The notes: a model not told the origin generated them from the sequence alone. DNA of 43,362 nt from a virus (IMGVR_UViG_3300011102_000453:1-43362); one strand, 5' to 3'; shown: positions 15,223 through 25,670, counted from the stretch's first letter. Numbers and translations are program-made.

Positions 15223-15440
15223 ACGGCTTTCAAGGCGGTTGCGGCGCATTTCAAGAAGCCACGGGCGTTACACCCGAAAGCGGCTGCTGCATTAGCTGTA
15301 TGTGTGACGAAGAAAACGGCTACGACTATGGCGTTGAAGTATTTGCGAAAGACGAAGCCATCGAGGGATTTCCCGATGGCGCGTATTGGCATGTCTGCTG
15401 TGCGTGCTCACGGGCATTCGACGAGAGGAATTCAATATGA
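15219..15440 (+). CDS. Cys-rich acidic small protein
   Basis: CCISCMCDEE...VCCAC; coupled junctions. Confidence 0.6.
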   Translation: MNGFQGGCGAFQEATGVTPESGCCISCMCDEENGYDYGVEVFAKDEAIEGFPDGAYWHVCCACSRAFDERNSI

Positions 15441-15634
15441 GCGGCCGCGGCGGCGACTTCGACGAATCCGAACCCACCGCCTACGAACGGCGTGTTGTAG
15501 ACACCGGCAACGGCATTCCTCCTCATGATCGCTCCACTGCCGGAGTAAGCGAGGGTGATAATAAGCCATCCTCTGCTCCCGTCTCCACGCATTCCCTTCC
15601 CCAACCCCACCGTTTCACCAAACCCAACCTATGA
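15437..15634 (+). CDS. Hypothetical protein
   Basis: GAGG RBS, ATGA overlaps on both sides. Confidence 0.45.
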   Translation: MSGRGGDFDESEPTAYERRVVDTGNGIPPHDRSTAGVSEGDNKPSSAPVSTHSLPQPHRFTKPNL

Positions 15635-15840
15635 CACACGACCAGATCGAATCCACCTTCTCCTCCCATGATGTTGACCCCTCCCAGGACATCACTATGG
15701 AGAACGTCAGAATGCACGCCAAAGTTTTGGCTCACTACATCGAGGACCACTGCCCGGACTCTCGGGAGAAATCGCTCGCGTTTACCAAGCTGCAAGAGTG
15801 CGTGATGATGGCGAACGCGAGTATCGCGATCCCGCGCTAG
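15631..15840 (+). CDS. Acb2/Tad1 hairpin-domain protein (candidate signal sponge)
   Basis: F..H.....Q.....VR..AK.LA..I...CPDSREKSLA.TKL.E.VM.ANA.IA signature. Confidence 0.75.
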   Translation: MTHDQIESTFSSHDVDPSQDITMENVRMHAKVLAHYIEDHCPDSREKSLAFTKLQECVMMANASIAIPR

Positions 15841-16086
15841 TGCCACCGATTCAGTGAGCCGATATGATGGACAACCTGATTGAAACGGTCCTTGTGATGA
15901 TTATGCTCGCTGTAGGCGGTGCAGCGCTGGCAATACTTGGCTTGCTTGTCTTTACTGGCACGATGGCTGGCGCCTGTCGGATTGGAGGTCTATTGTGACT
16001 GACCATCTCCGACTCGCAATTAGTATCCTCTCAGGCGCCGTGATAGGTACGTGGATCGGAAACGGGATCATTCGGGTCCTTGGGTT

Positions 16087-16518
16087 ATGACTGACCAGAT
16101 CCAACCCGCTATGAGCGCCGAACTCTGGAAAGAGTGGATGGAGAACAGGTGCCTCCAATTTGCCAACCCGGACCTCCCAATCGCAGATGTTGACGGATGG
16201 CTGTCCGTACTTGGTGAATGGGAGCACAAGCTCGACAGCGGGGATCGTCACGCCCTTGGGGCGGTATGCCTCCACCAACAGCCCTACGGGTTTACACACG
16301 ACGATCCGTATATCCTGCGCGAAGTCGCAGAGACGATCGATAAGCTCTGCGACGGCCCCAAGATGGTTGGGATAGCTCGCATCAAATCGGAGATGGGTGA
16401 AGAGGTGTCGGTGTATTACTATGTCGAGCACTTGCAGCGTTTGGCTGACCGCATCGAAGCCCTATTGCCACCGAATCAGGTCGAAGACCCCACCTACGAG
16501 GGAGAAGACGGCGGGTGA
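16087..16518 (+). CDS. Hypothetical protein
   Basis: Long ORF with GTGA overlap onto terL. Confidence 0.7.
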   Translation: MTDQIQPAMSAELWKEWMENRCLQFANPDLPIADVDGWLSVLGEWEHKLDSGDRHALGAVCLHQQPYGFTHDDPYILREVAETIDKLCDGPKMVGIARIKSEMGEEVSVYYYVEHLQRLADRIEALLPPNQVEDPTYEGEDGG

Positions 16519-18059
16519 GCTTGTTGTTCCTCCAGGCGATGGAGCAACTGCGTGGCGCGCCACGCTATACGGGGACGCTCCGGCAGTTTATGCGAGAGGT
16601 GAATCCCAAATACCGCTGGTATCGGCATGTCGACGTATTGGCAGAATCGCTGGAGGCGGTCATTAGCGGGGAGATTCACCGGCTCATGGTGTTTATGCCG
16701 CCGCGTCATGGGAAATCGGAACTCATCTCGCGGGGATTCCCCGCGTACGCGCTTGCTCGCCATCCGGACCGGTGGATCGGACTCTGTTCGTACGAAGCGA
16801 CATTAGCGCAGGATTTTAGCCGCGTGGCGCGCGACCATTACGAACGCATCGGCGGACAAATGCGCGACGATTCGCGCGCGGTCTCACTCTGGCAAACGCT
16901 CGAGCGCGGTGGGATGTGGGCCGCTGGGGTTGGTGGTCCGATCACGGGGAAAGGGTTTCATCTCGGTATCATTGACGACCCAATTAAAAACTGGGAAGAG
17001 GCGCACTCTGAAACCATCCGCGAAAAGCACAAAAGTTGGTACGAATCAACGTTCTATACTCGCGAAGAACCTGGCGGTGCACAGATCATCATTCAAACCC
17101 GCTGGCATGAGGACGATCTCTCCGGCTGGCTGCTCTCGCGTGAGGCCGATGCGCCGCAGCATTGGCATATCGTGAATTTTGAGGCGATTCGTGACGGTGA
17201 TGGGATTGTGTTCCCTGTCACCTGCACGGTGGCGCCAGACGACCGCGCGATGGGAGAACCGCTGTGCCCGGAACGATACACCAGAGAAAAGCTCCTCGAG
17301 ATCAAGGCGCGTGTTGGCACCACGGTATGGGATGCGCTCTACCAACAACGTCCCTCCCCCGCTGGGGGGACAGTCTTTAAGCGTGATTGGTGGATGTTCT
17401 ACACAACAGTAGATCATCCAATCCCTGGGGTGCCATTCCTCCCCGCCCTCACGCGCACCATTCAGTCCTGGGATATGTCGTTTAAGGACGGCGACGACAA
17501 CGATTACGTCTCTGGACAGGTGTGGGGGCGTGAGGGGGCACGGTTCTATCTCCTCGACCGCGTGAACGAGCGTATGTCGTTTACGGCGGCGTGTCAGGCG
17601 ATCAAAACGATGAGCGCAAAACACCCGAAGGCGATCGGGAAATACATCGAGGACAAAGCCAATGGCCCCGCGATCATCAATGCACTCCATCGCGACATGC
17701 CGGGATTTGTCGCGGTCAAACCGGACGGCGGGAAAGTCGCGCGTGCCTACGCGGTACAACCGCTCGTCGAAGGGCGGAATGTGTATCTCCCCCACCCTAC
17801 GATTGCGCCCTGGGTGGAGGATTTCATTCGACAGCTCGCGCAATTCCCGCATGGCACGCACGACGACGATGTTGACGCCTGCACACAAGCGTTGAATCAA
17901 CTCGCATGGGGCGCGGTAGACAAACCGACGGAGGAAGCGGAGGCCAGTGCGTTTGCGCCGGAAATGTTACAAGCCGAGTACGAAGCGAAATACAAGCTTG
18001 GGAACCGGCTCAAGAAACGAAAGAGCCGGATCTATGATCCACAATTTGGAGGGTATTAA
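16515..18059 (+). CDS. terL: Terminase large subunit
   Basis: MPPRHGKS Walker A, GGPITGKG, IIDDPIK Walker B, QTRWHEDDL, LYQQRP, SWD, IEDKANG, FPHGTHDDDVDA. Confidence 0.96.
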   Translation: MSLLFLQAMEQLRGAPRYTGTLRQFMREVNPKYRWYRHVDVLAESLEAVISGEIHRLMVFMPPRHGKSELISRGFPAYALARHPDRWIGLCSYEATLAQDFSRVARDHYERIGGQMRDDSRAVSLWQTLERGGMWAAGVGGPITGKGFHLGIIDDPIKNWEEAHSETIREKHKSWYESTFYTREEPGGAQIIIQTRWHEDDLSGWLLSREADAPQHWHIVNFEAIRDGDGIVFPVTCTVAPDDRAMGEPLCPERYTREKLLEIKARVGTTVWDALYQQRPSPAGGTVFKRDWWMFYTTVDHPIPGVPFLPALTRTIQSWDMSFKDGDDNDYVSGQVWGREGARFYLLDRVNERMSFTAACQAIKTMSAKHPKAIGKYIEDKANGPAIINALHRDMPGFVAVKPDGGKVARAYAVQPLVEGRNVYLPHPTIAPWVEDFIRQLAQFPHGTHDDDVDACTQALNQLAWGAVDKPTEEAEASAFAPEMLQAEYEAKYKLGNRLKKRKSRIYDPQFGGY

Positions 18060-18391
18060 TGTTCGTTAGTCGTGCGGCATTTGACGCGGTGTGCCAGGAA
18101 CGCGATCGGCTCGCGTCGCTCCTCGAAACCACGCTCGGCCATCTCCATCAGCTGACGCAACAGGTGGTCCGCATGAAGCGGCAGGGGTACGAACTCGCGC
18201 GGAAGCCTGTCGCGAAGGTCATCCCTGCCCCACCTGAGCCAGAGCAACGAATTGAACGCGCGATTAGCCACGCGACGATCATGCAGATGGCGACGGACAT
18301 TCGGAGGGAGCGCCCCGATCTCACGGAACGCGAGGCGGTTGCACACGCCGAAGCACTTGCTCGTGAACTGGATCCCACGAACGCCCAATGA
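18059..18391 (+). CDS. Hypothetical protein
   Basis: GGAGG RBS, TAATG junction. Confidence 0.7.
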   Translation: MFVSRAAFDAVCQERDRLASLLETTLGHLHQLTQQVVRMKRQGYELARKPVAKVIPAPPEPEQRIERAISHATIMQMATDIRRERPDLTEREAVAHAEALARELDPTNAQ

Positions 18392-18600
18392 TCACGGTTC
18401 GACTCACTCCCGCCCAGCGTCGGTTGCTTCCGTTCATCCGTGAAGGCCTCCAGTATCGCGTCATCGCTGAACGGCTCCACCTCTCTGTGGGGACTGTGAA
18501 AAACGCGGTACATGCGATCGCAGAGAAATTGGATTCTATCGAGGGAGTTCCGCCGTATCGTCGCGTGCAGCAATGGGCGATTGAACATCCCGACATATGA
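18388..18600 (+). CDS. LuxR/GerE-type HTH protein
   Basis: LTPAQRRLL..IREG..Y..IAERLHLSVGTVKN.V..I.EKL. Confidence 0.85.
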   Translation: MITVRLTPAQRRLLPFIREGLQYRVIAERLHLSVGTVKNAVHAIAEKLDSIEGVPPYRRVQQWAIEHPDI

Positions 18601-18986
18601 CCTTTTGCACTTGTGTTAGCACGCAAATGCCAGAGATTTCAAAGTGTATGACTACAAATACGCCCGCGCTGGACGTTAAGCCAGGAGCGGGCTTTCGTAT
18701 TCCTGCGCTGTGCCCGTACAATCACGCCCACGCGCCCGACCATGTGCGGTACTGTTCGCATTGTCGAGATATGGCGTCGGTTCTCCCGAAGCTCAAGCAG
18801 CCCTCATGGGTGCAGTTGATTAAGGCGGTGGTTCGCGAAGAAGCGCCAAAGATCGCTCACGATCATCTCTCCAAGCAAGAGCGGAAGAAGCGTGCGAAGG
18901 CGAACCATAAGGCGTACCTCCGCATGCGTCGGGCATGGCGCGGAGAATTCACCCGCTCACGTCGTCTCACCCTCCGCCCAGCTTAA
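18597..18986 (+). CDS. Hypothetical basic protein (start uncertain)
   Basis: ORF fills the gap; CSHC motif, Arg/Lys-rich C-terminus. Confidence 0.45.
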   Translation: MTFCTCVSTQMPEISKCMTTNTPALDVKPGAGFRIPALCPYNHAHAPDHVRYCSHCRDMASVLPKLKQPSWVQLIKAVVREEAPKIAHDHLSKQERKKRAKANHKAYLRMRRAWRGEFTRSRRLTLRPA

Positions 18987-18988
18987 CG

Positions 18989-19357
18989 ATGGCCCGTCGT
19001 CGCGTTGTCATTGATTCCAACACCGATACCGTCCTCGGTGTCGCCTCCAAATCCTCGGTGAACCGCACGGGTTCACGCATGGTGATGCAGCTCATCGCCG
19101 AGGATTCATGGGACGGCAAAGCGACGATCAAGCGGCGTCTCCTGAAACACCCGTCACAGTCCTCCCCGCCTGAGGCGGTCGCAGTCAGCTACACCGATGA
19201 GACGGACGACTCAACGCCCCTCAAGAGCGGTGCACTGACGGGCACCACGCTGAACACGATTCTCAGCGTGCGCGCCGATTGTAGTGAGATCGTGATCACG
19301 ACTGAGGACGCCACCACCGGCGCGCTCATTATCGAATACGACGGCGTCGACAACTAA
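18989..19357 (+). CDS. Putative virion protein
   Basis: Beta-rich, Thr/Ser-rich; immediately upstream of the portal gene. Confidence 0.55.
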   Translation: MARRRVVIDSNTDTVLGVASKSSVNRTGSRMVMQLIAEDSWDGKATIKRRLLKHPSQSSPPEAVAVSYTDETDDSTPLKSGALTGTTLNTILSVRADCSEIVITTEDATTGALIIEYDGVDN

Positions 19358-19360
19358 TTG

Positions 19361-21607
19361 ATGGCCCACACCTTTATCCCCATCCGCGAGCATCCGCGTC
19401 AACCTGACGACCTCGATGCGAAACGGATCGAGCTTGTGCGCGGTCGGTGGTCAGCCCAGGACGCCGCGATGGTTACCCGCGCGCGGCAGATCGAGGAAAA
19501 TGTGCGGATGATCGCGGGCCGACAGTGGGATGTGTACTCCGAGGTTCTGGGCCGGTTCGTCGATGTCACCCGCTACATGACCGACGACGAACGGCGGTGG
19601 CGTCAGCGTCCGGTGATCAACTACTTGCAATACTGGTTCATGTTGACGCATGCGCGGCTCACGGAGAATCCGCCTATCGTCACGTTCCAGCCGAGTAGCG
19701 CCGATCGCATCGATGCGATGCTGGCCGAGGTGATGGACACCATCTACAAAACGCTCTGGAATTCGTGCGGCATGTTAGAGGTGGACGACCTCGTCACGCG
19801 GTGGATCGTCGCAGCCGGATACGGGTTTGTGAAGTCGGCAGTCGACTATAAACGTGGTCCAGAGCGCGAGTTGATTGGCGACGCCGTGCTGTCACTGGAC
19901 TCACCAGACGGCTCCATCGAGCGGTACATCGAGCACGCGCCCTATGATGCACAGGGGAACCCGCTGGTCACCCTCACGGAGGACGGTGAAGGGTACGACA
20001 TCCTGGGCGAACCGGCCAAGGAACGCGAGGGAGAAATCTGCGTCAACGTCCTGAATCCGCTGGAATGCCGCGGAGAGTGGGGCAACAGTATTCCCTGGCA
20101 TAAGAAGCGGTGGCATATCCATCGAAGCTATCTCCCGCCTGAGGTTGTGTATGAGCGGTGGGGCGTGGAGTGTGAGCCGGATACATATCTCGATGGTGGT
20201 GAAGACGGCGGGTTCCTCGAACGCCTCCTTGCGAGCGCTGGATATTATGGCGCCGTCACGCATGCGCCGGGCTCAGAGCTTGGCGGAAGCGGCATGCAGT
20301 CGAACAATGAAGGGTACGTCTGCGTCGACGAAATGTGGGAAGCGCCCTCTGGCAATTCGCCAGAGACGGACGAGTCCCCAGGCGGACGGCTGCTGATCGT
20401 GACGCCCTCGCAGGTGTTGCACGATTCAGTACGCCCCTTTCGCTGCAAATACACGAGTCCGATTCGGTATTTCGAGTTTGTCGGGATTCCTGGACGCCCT
20501 GCGGGATCATCGCCGGTTGAAATGATGATCCCGATTCAGAAAGCGATCAATCGCGGCGCAGCGCAGATCCTCGAGCATCGCAACCTGATGACGAACCCGA
20601 AGGTGCTGATCGATCCCGCCTCCGGACTCGATGAAGGCGATTTCTCGAACGCGCCCGGCGAAGGGGTGATCGGTGGGATGCGAGAGGGGCAACGTATGGT
20701 GGACTATCTCTCTCCGCCCCCTCTTTCTGGCGATGTCTGGCGCACCCAGAAAATGCTGGAAGAAGTGTTGCTCACGTTGGGCAACATTCACGGCGCCGAA
20801 GGGACGCCGCCAACGCCAGACGCCTCTGGTGAGCTCGTCAAAGAGCTCCGCTTTAACAGCGATCGCTTTATTGCCGCGACCGCACGCAATAAAGTCGTCG
20901 AGTACGCGCGACTGATCGAAGACTGGATGGCGATTCTGCCCACCATCTGGACGGAAGAGAAGATTATTGCGTACGCCGGTGATGACTCTGTTGTCCGTAC
21001 CGTGACGGTGCTCCCTGAAATGTGGGATGGCAAGGTCAACGTGATTCCGGATATTGAATCGATGTTGCCGGAAGGACGCGGAGAGCGACAACAGCGCGCG
21101 CTGGTGTTGTATGAGCGCGGATTGTTTGGCGACCCGAACAGTCCGGAAGCGAAAAAGGTATTCCTCGAAATCGGTCGATTCCCGCACCTCGGGCGTGTCT
21201 ATCGCCCTGGTGGCGTGAATCGCATTACCGCCGAACAGAATCTCGGTGAGTTGGTCCGCGGGGCGACGTGGGAGGACATTCCGATCTACGAATGGTACGA
21301 CCTCAATGTCCATCTCGCGGTCACCGAAGAATTCATGTGCACGCCTGAGTTCAAGAAGTTGGCTCCGGAGATCCAAACGAATCTCGGGACCTATCGCGAA
21401 GCGCTCCGTGGCGCCATTGTCGCCAAAGAGTTGAACCAACAGCGCATTGCGGGACAACTCCAACTCGCGGCTGGCGCCCAACAGGCGATGGTCGCGACGC
21501 AGGCGGCTACCATGCTCCCTGCTCCATCACCCTCCACCCCACCCATGCCGCCCGATGGCGGGCCAGTTCCCGACGATCTGTCGGCCATGGCCGATCGCGC
21601 CGCATAA
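19361..21607 (+). CDS. Portal protein (podovirus/P22-like)
   Basis: About 750 aa after terL; G.QW, RPVIN, IPIQKAINR, NPKVLI, Gln/Pro-rich C-terminal tail. Confidence 0.85.
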   Translation: MAHTFIPIREHPRQPDDLDAKRIELVRGRWSAQDAAMVTRARQIEENVRMIAGRQWDVYSEVLGRFVDVTRYMTDDERRWRQRPVINYLQYWFMLTHARLTENPPIVTFQPSSADRIDAMLAEVMDTIYKTLWNSCGMLEVDDLVTRWIVAAGYGFVKSAVDYKRGPERELIGDAVLSLDSPDGSIERYIEHAPYDAQGNPLVTLTEDGEGYDILGEPAKEREGEICVNVLNPLECRGEWGNSIPWHKKRWHIHRSYLPPEVVYERWGVECEPDTYLDGGEDGGFLERLLASAGYYGAVTHAPGSELGGSGMQSNNEGYVCVDEMWEAPSGNSPETDESPGGRLLIVTPSQVLHDSVRPFRCKYTSPIRYFEFVGIPGRPAGSSPVEMMIPIQKAINRGAAQILEHRNLMTNPKVLIDPASGLDEGDFSNAPGEGVIGGMREGQRMVDYLSPPPLSGDVWRTQKMLEEVLLTLGNIHGAEGTPPTPDASGELVKELRFNSDRFIAATARNKVVEYARLIEDWMAILPTIWTEEKIIAYAGDDSVVRTVTVLPEMWDGKVNVIPDIESMLPEGRGERQQRALVLYERGLFGDPNSPEAKKVFLEIGRFPHLGRVYRPGGVNRITAEQNLGELVRGATWEDIPIYEWYDLNVHLAVTEEFMCTPEFKKLAPEIQTNLGTYREALRGAIVAKELNQQRIAGQLQLAAGAQQAMVATQAATMLPAPSPSTPPMPPDGGPVPDDLSAMADRAA

Positions 21608-21619
21608 CCCCACACCACA

Positions 21620-22942
21620 ATGGAAACGAACACAGAACCGACGCTCACCACGTCGACGCCCGCGGCTGCCCAACCGTCAGCCCCAGCGCCAACGTCCGCT
21701 CCCACATCGACCGACTCCACGACCCCCTCGGCATCATCGACCTCAACACCGCCCTCCATCCATGATGCAGGACGACAGTTCTTGGAGTCGTTCAATAACG
21801 CCGACGTGTCCTGGGATGCGGTGGCACAACGCTACCGTGATGCGAATGGCAAATTCGCCCCAGATCCTTCCGATGCAGATGAGGCTGATACTGAGGATGG
21901 TGTCGACGATGTAACCGTCGCCGATGGCGACGGGAATGCGAACGAAACCGCGTCAGCCGAGGACACGGCAAAAGATGCCGTCGACACCGATGAGGCGACC
22001 GACGAAGCGACGGCTGAGGCGTCGGAAGAAACGAGCGAATCCGTTGTTCGTATCACGCTCCCTGGGGACCCGCAGCGCGACGAAGAAGACCTCGACATTG
22101 AAGTAACCGATCCTGCTGTCGCGGATCGTCTTGCGCGTCTTAAAAACGATGGATTGCGACGAAACGAGTTTCAGCGTCGCATGAAAGATGTGACGGCGAA
22201 AGAATCCGAGATCAAAGCGATTGAGATCGAGATGGCCACGAACCCAGTTGGGTTCTTACTCGAACGACTGGCGCCAGCGCGACAACTCGACGTTGCACGT
22301 GCGTTGATTGCGCAGAATTTCGAGGCGTTAGCGCCAGACATCGAAAAGTATTGGACCGATGAGGCAGAGCGGAAACTCACGCTCGCTGAAATCAAAGAAT
22401 CCATGATTGAAGCGCGACGCGCGGCAGAAGCGCAGACCGCGCAACAGCATCAGGTGATGCAGGTCGTGCAGACCGTACACGACCTCATTCCGGAGCAAGC
22501 TCCCGAATCCGACGCGGAGGAATTCCGCCGCCTGTCGTTACTGCACCTCGAAGCGATCTCGCGCGAACGGGGCGCGATTATTCGCCCCGATGAGGTGCCG
22601 ACCCTACTCGCGTCACTTAGATCCCGGTACGGATTCCATCAGACAGGAACGACCGCGACGCCCGCGAGTGCGTCAGCAGAACCGTCGCCCGCGACCCCGC
22701 GGATTGCCGTTGCTCGCCCAGTTGGGGAGAACGCCAAAGCCTTAGCGGAACGTGCGAAGGCGGCGCAACAGCGCAGGAAGGTTGTTCGCGCACAACGAGA
22801 AAATGCCGCCGCGATCGCCCCGCCGGGCGCCGGTGCCATGCCGATTGAGCGACCGAAACCACCCGCAGGCGCTGATGTGAAACAGGCCTCGGCCTGGTTG
22901 CGACAGCATCTCACGTCCAACCGCTGGGCCTCTCCTTCGTAA
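21620..22942 (+). CDS. Capsid scaffolding protein
   Basis: Between portal and capsid genes; RDANGKFA motif, acidic disordered N-terminus, coiled-coil body. Confidence 0.75.
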   Translation: METNTEPTLTTSTPAAAQPSAPAPTSAPTSTDSTTPSASSTSTPPSIHDAGRQFLESFNNADVSWDAVAQRYRDANGKFAPDPSDADEADTEDGVDDVTVADGDGNANETASAEDTAKDAVDTDEATDEATAEASEETSESVVRITLPGDPQRDEEDLDIEVTDPAVADRLARLKNDGLRRNEFQRRMKDVTAKESEIKAIEIEMATNPVGFLLERLAPARQLDVARALIAQNFEALAPDIEKYWTDEAERKLTLAEIKESMIEARRAAEAQTAQQHQVMQVVQTVHDLIPEQAPESDAEEFRRLSLLHLEAISRERGAIIRPDEVPTLLASLRSRYGFHQTGTTATPASASAEPSPATPRIAVARPVGENAKALAERAKAAQQRRKVVRAQRENAAAIAPPGAGAMPIERPKPPAGADVKQASAWLRQHLTSNRWASPS

Positions 22943-22963
22943 CCCTTCGGCATTACACGAACA

Positions 22964-24280
22964 ATGGCCACTACAGGAACAAAATCCGGGACCGGTGATT
23001 TTACCGGACTCAACGACATTCTCAAACACACCTATACGGAAGCGTTTGATAACAATGTCGAAAAGGAAAGTGAAGTTTCCGATATTTTCCAAAAAGCAGA
23101 GGGATTCCAGGTCCATGAGGGACCAGACGGAAAACAAATCAACCTCAGCCACGTCTTCAGCTCTGGCGGTGGCGTCGGGGCAATGAATGAGGACGACTAC
23201 CTCTACACGCCAACCAGCCCCACCGCCAAACAGTCATACATCACGATTAAGCAGCTCTCCGCCACGGTGGAGTTGTCCGGTCGTGTGCTACGACGTGTGA
23301 AAGAAGGCCCCGCTGCGTTTATCACGTGGGCGAATGAAGCATTGCCACGGAGAGCGCAACGGCTCGCGTATCACAAAGACCGGATGTATCTCGGCACTGG
23401 AACCGGGATCATTGCGAGGTACAACGGATCCCCTGACGGGACCGGCGACGGTATCGACTCGGCGTTCGGGATCGCGGGGCTTGAAGGGGCATGCAATCTC
23501 ATCTTGCGTGATGACAACCTCCGCGCTGGACCGAATGCGGATGGCAGCTCACTCCGGAGCGGAACGGCGCTCGTGACCGGGATTAACTACGATCTCTCGC
23601 AGATCAACACCTCGGTCGCGGGATCACCCGGGGCTCCCTCGTCAGCCGCCGATAACGACTATCTGTTCCTTGGGGACGATAACGTCAACGGGTCTGGCGC
23701 CCGTGAATTGATGGGGATGGAAGGGATCATCGATGACGGGACCAACCTGGCCACCTTCCAAGGGTTGTCTCGGTCTACGTATCCCGAAATGAACGGACAG
23801 GTGATCGACTCCACCGCGAACGGATATGACGGTACACTCAACGAAGAGTTGCTCGATTTCGCTGCGGCGCGGTGTTACGAACGCGGGAACCTCGGGATGC
23901 CGTCGATTATTCTGGTCAACCGGACCGCGCAACGCGCCTTCTGGAAGACGTTGAAAGACGACCGTGTGTTGAACGACCCTGCGGGAGTCTACACCGGTGG
24001 GAAGGCCAAGCTGCGGATGATCCTTGGCAACAAGGTGGTGGAAGTGCGCGCCGCGCGCAAAGTCCCATCGAGCCGGTGCTACGGCATCGATCCCAGCACC
24101 ATGCACCGATTCAAAATCGGGACAGGTCGGTGGGATGATACCGATGGGTCTGTGTGGAACCGTGTCGTCAACGGCACAGGGCGCAAAGATGCCTTCTACG
24201 CGGTGTACATCGAGGAAGAAGAAGTCGCGTGCTCCGACCCAGCGAAGAACTTTAAACTCACGAACCTCGCTGCGGCGTAA
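22964..24280 (+). CDS. Major capsid protein (HK97 fold)
   Basis: Position and size; LK..Y, GTG.G, LMG.EGIIDDG...FQGL.R..YP motifs. Confidence 0.88.
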   Translation: MATTGTKSGTGDFTGLNDILKHTYTEAFDNNVEKESEVSDIFQKAEGFQVHEGPDGKQINLSHVFSSGGGVGAMNEDDYLYTPTSPTAKQSYITIKQLSATVELSGRVLRRVKEGPAAFITWANEALPRRAQRLAYHKDRMYLGTGTGIIARYNGSPDGTGDGIDSAFGIAGLEGACNLILRDDNLRAGPNADGSSLRSGTALVTGINYDLSQINTSVAGSPGAPSSAADNDYLFLGDDNVNGSGARELMGMEGIIDDGTNLATFQGLSRSTYPEMNGQVIDSTANGYDGTLNEELLDFAAARCYERGNLGMPSIILVNRTAQRAFWKTLKDDRVLNDPAGVYTGGKAKLRMILGNKVVEVRAARKVPSSRCYGIDPSTMHRFKIGTGRWDDTDGSVWNRVVNGTGRKDAFYAVYIEEEEVACSDPAKNFKLTNLAAA

Positions 24281-24296
24281 GCCGTTTTTATCCTCA

Positions 24297-24345
24297 CCCT
24301 ACAGGGGCGGTCGTACGGAATTGAGTGCGATGCGCCCCTGTAGGG
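24297..24345 (+). other. Long hairpin downstream of the capsid gene
   Basis: CCCTACAGGGGCG...CGCCCCTGTAGGG 13-bp perfect arms; no U tract. Confidence 0.65.
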
Positions 24346-24394
24346 GTTCGCCCCTCCGACGGGCGCCCTTCAAACTCGTTACAGGAATTCTCCG

Positions 24395-24808
24395 ATGGCC
24401 GTTAAAGACAACAACGTCAGTCCAACCGCGAAATTTGTTCGCGAGTGTATCCCCTTCCCGATCGTTACCGCCACATCGCAAACCGATGTCCGTGCGGGCT
24501 CGGTTGTTCCCGGCTTCCCGTTTGAAATCGTCAAGGTGTCTGCGTACGCCAGTGCGGTGACCGGCACGATTAGTTGCAACGTGAAGATCGGCGCCACAAG
24601 TGCGCTCGCAAGTACGATTACCCCCGTTGCCACGGGATCCGGCATTGTGGATGGCTCCCTGAGCAGCACGCTTGCGAATCGTCGCGGCTCTGCAACGGAC
24701 GCGATCAATGTCCACTACACCACCGACAACTCAGGAGCGGCAACCAATCTCCGCGTTACGGTGTGGATTCGACCGCATCCACTCCATGGGGAAGTCTACA
24801 ACGTCTAA
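24395..24808 (+). CDS. Putative capsid decoration/cement protein
   Basis: Beta-rich 137 aa immediately after the capsid gene; AGGA RBS. Confidence 0.6.
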   Translation: MAVKDNNVSPTAKFVRECIPFPIVTATSQTDVRAGSVVPGFPFEIVKVSAYASAVTGTISCNVKIGATSALASTITPVATGSGIVDGSLSSTLANRRGSATDAINVHYTTDNSGAATNLRVTVWIRPHPLHGEVYNV

Positions 24809-25374
24809 TGTGTAGAAGTTGTAGCCTCGTTCGTTTCCCTGCATTTCGCGAAGCCCCGTGCAGTGTTGTGGCGGGGCTTCGTCGTATCGACCCGACAGCG
24901 GAACTCGTGTATTTCGGCGAAGGGAAATGGTTGTTAGGGCGTGTGCGTCCCAATGCCCTGCGGTACAAAGCCGCGGTGCGCATCATTGACCGCGCCCTCC
25001 ATCGACTCGCGGTGGGTGATCAGCTCACGCCGGAAGGACGTGGACGGATTCAACTCGCGTATCTCGCCTTACAAGGATTCGCACCCATCGAGTTCTATAC
25101 AGGCGAACCCACCTACGCGATTGTGCATGATTTTCAGCGTGCGCTGTGGTTACTCAACCATACGACGGACGCGCAGTTCTTCCATGATCTCGATGCGCCA
25201 CGCGAACGAGCCCGCGAAGAAGCGCGCGCCGATCTGCAGGATGACGCCCGCGCACGGGATGCCTGGCGGTACATGTTCACGCTTTCTCACCTCGTCACGC
25301 GCCCTGATCCGGCGCAACAACCAACCCGCTCCGGGTTCACCACGATCAAACGTATCGGAGGTCTCGCTGCATGA
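24808..25374 (+). CDS. Hypothetical protein (morphogenesis region)
   Basis: TAATG junction; LRRIDPTAELVY..GKW motif. Confidence 0.65.
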   Translation: MCRSCSLVRFPAFREAPCSVVAGLRRIDPTAELVYFGEGKWLLGRVRPNALRYKAAVRIIDRALHRLAVGDQLTPEGRGRIQLAYLALQGFAPIEFYTGEPTYAIVHDFQRALWLLNHTTDAQFFHDLDAPRERAREEARADLQDDARARDAWRYMFTLSHLVTRPDPAQQPTRSGFTTIKRIGGLAA

Positions 25375-25661
25375 CACAGTATTCACGCGACTGGCTGATC
25401 GCGCACGCACATCTTGGCCCAGCCATCATTGGCAAGGGAGCAGCGGCCCAAGCGGCAGCCCTCGCCAAAGCCACCAATAACGGGATCCTCGGCCCAGCCT
25501 TACTGACTGACACGAAGACGCCGGCTGCTCCACCACCCGCTCCGAACGAGTCGTCCTCAAACCCGGGGGCGTCCAACGAGAAATCCCAACAGACAGAGAA
25601 GATAGAAAAGACGGAAAAGCCGAAGACGAAGACGTCAAAATCGTCGAAATCTCCCGCGTAG
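25371..25661 (+). CDS. Hypothetical protein with low-complexity C-terminus
   Basis: GGAGG RBS, ATGA overlap. Confidence 0.6.
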   Translation: MTQYSRDWLIAHAHLGPAIIGKGAAAQAAALAKATNNGILGPALLTDTKTPAAPPPAPNESSSNPGASNEKSQQTEKIEKTEKPKTKTSKSSKSPA

Positions 25662-25670
25662 TCCTGACCT

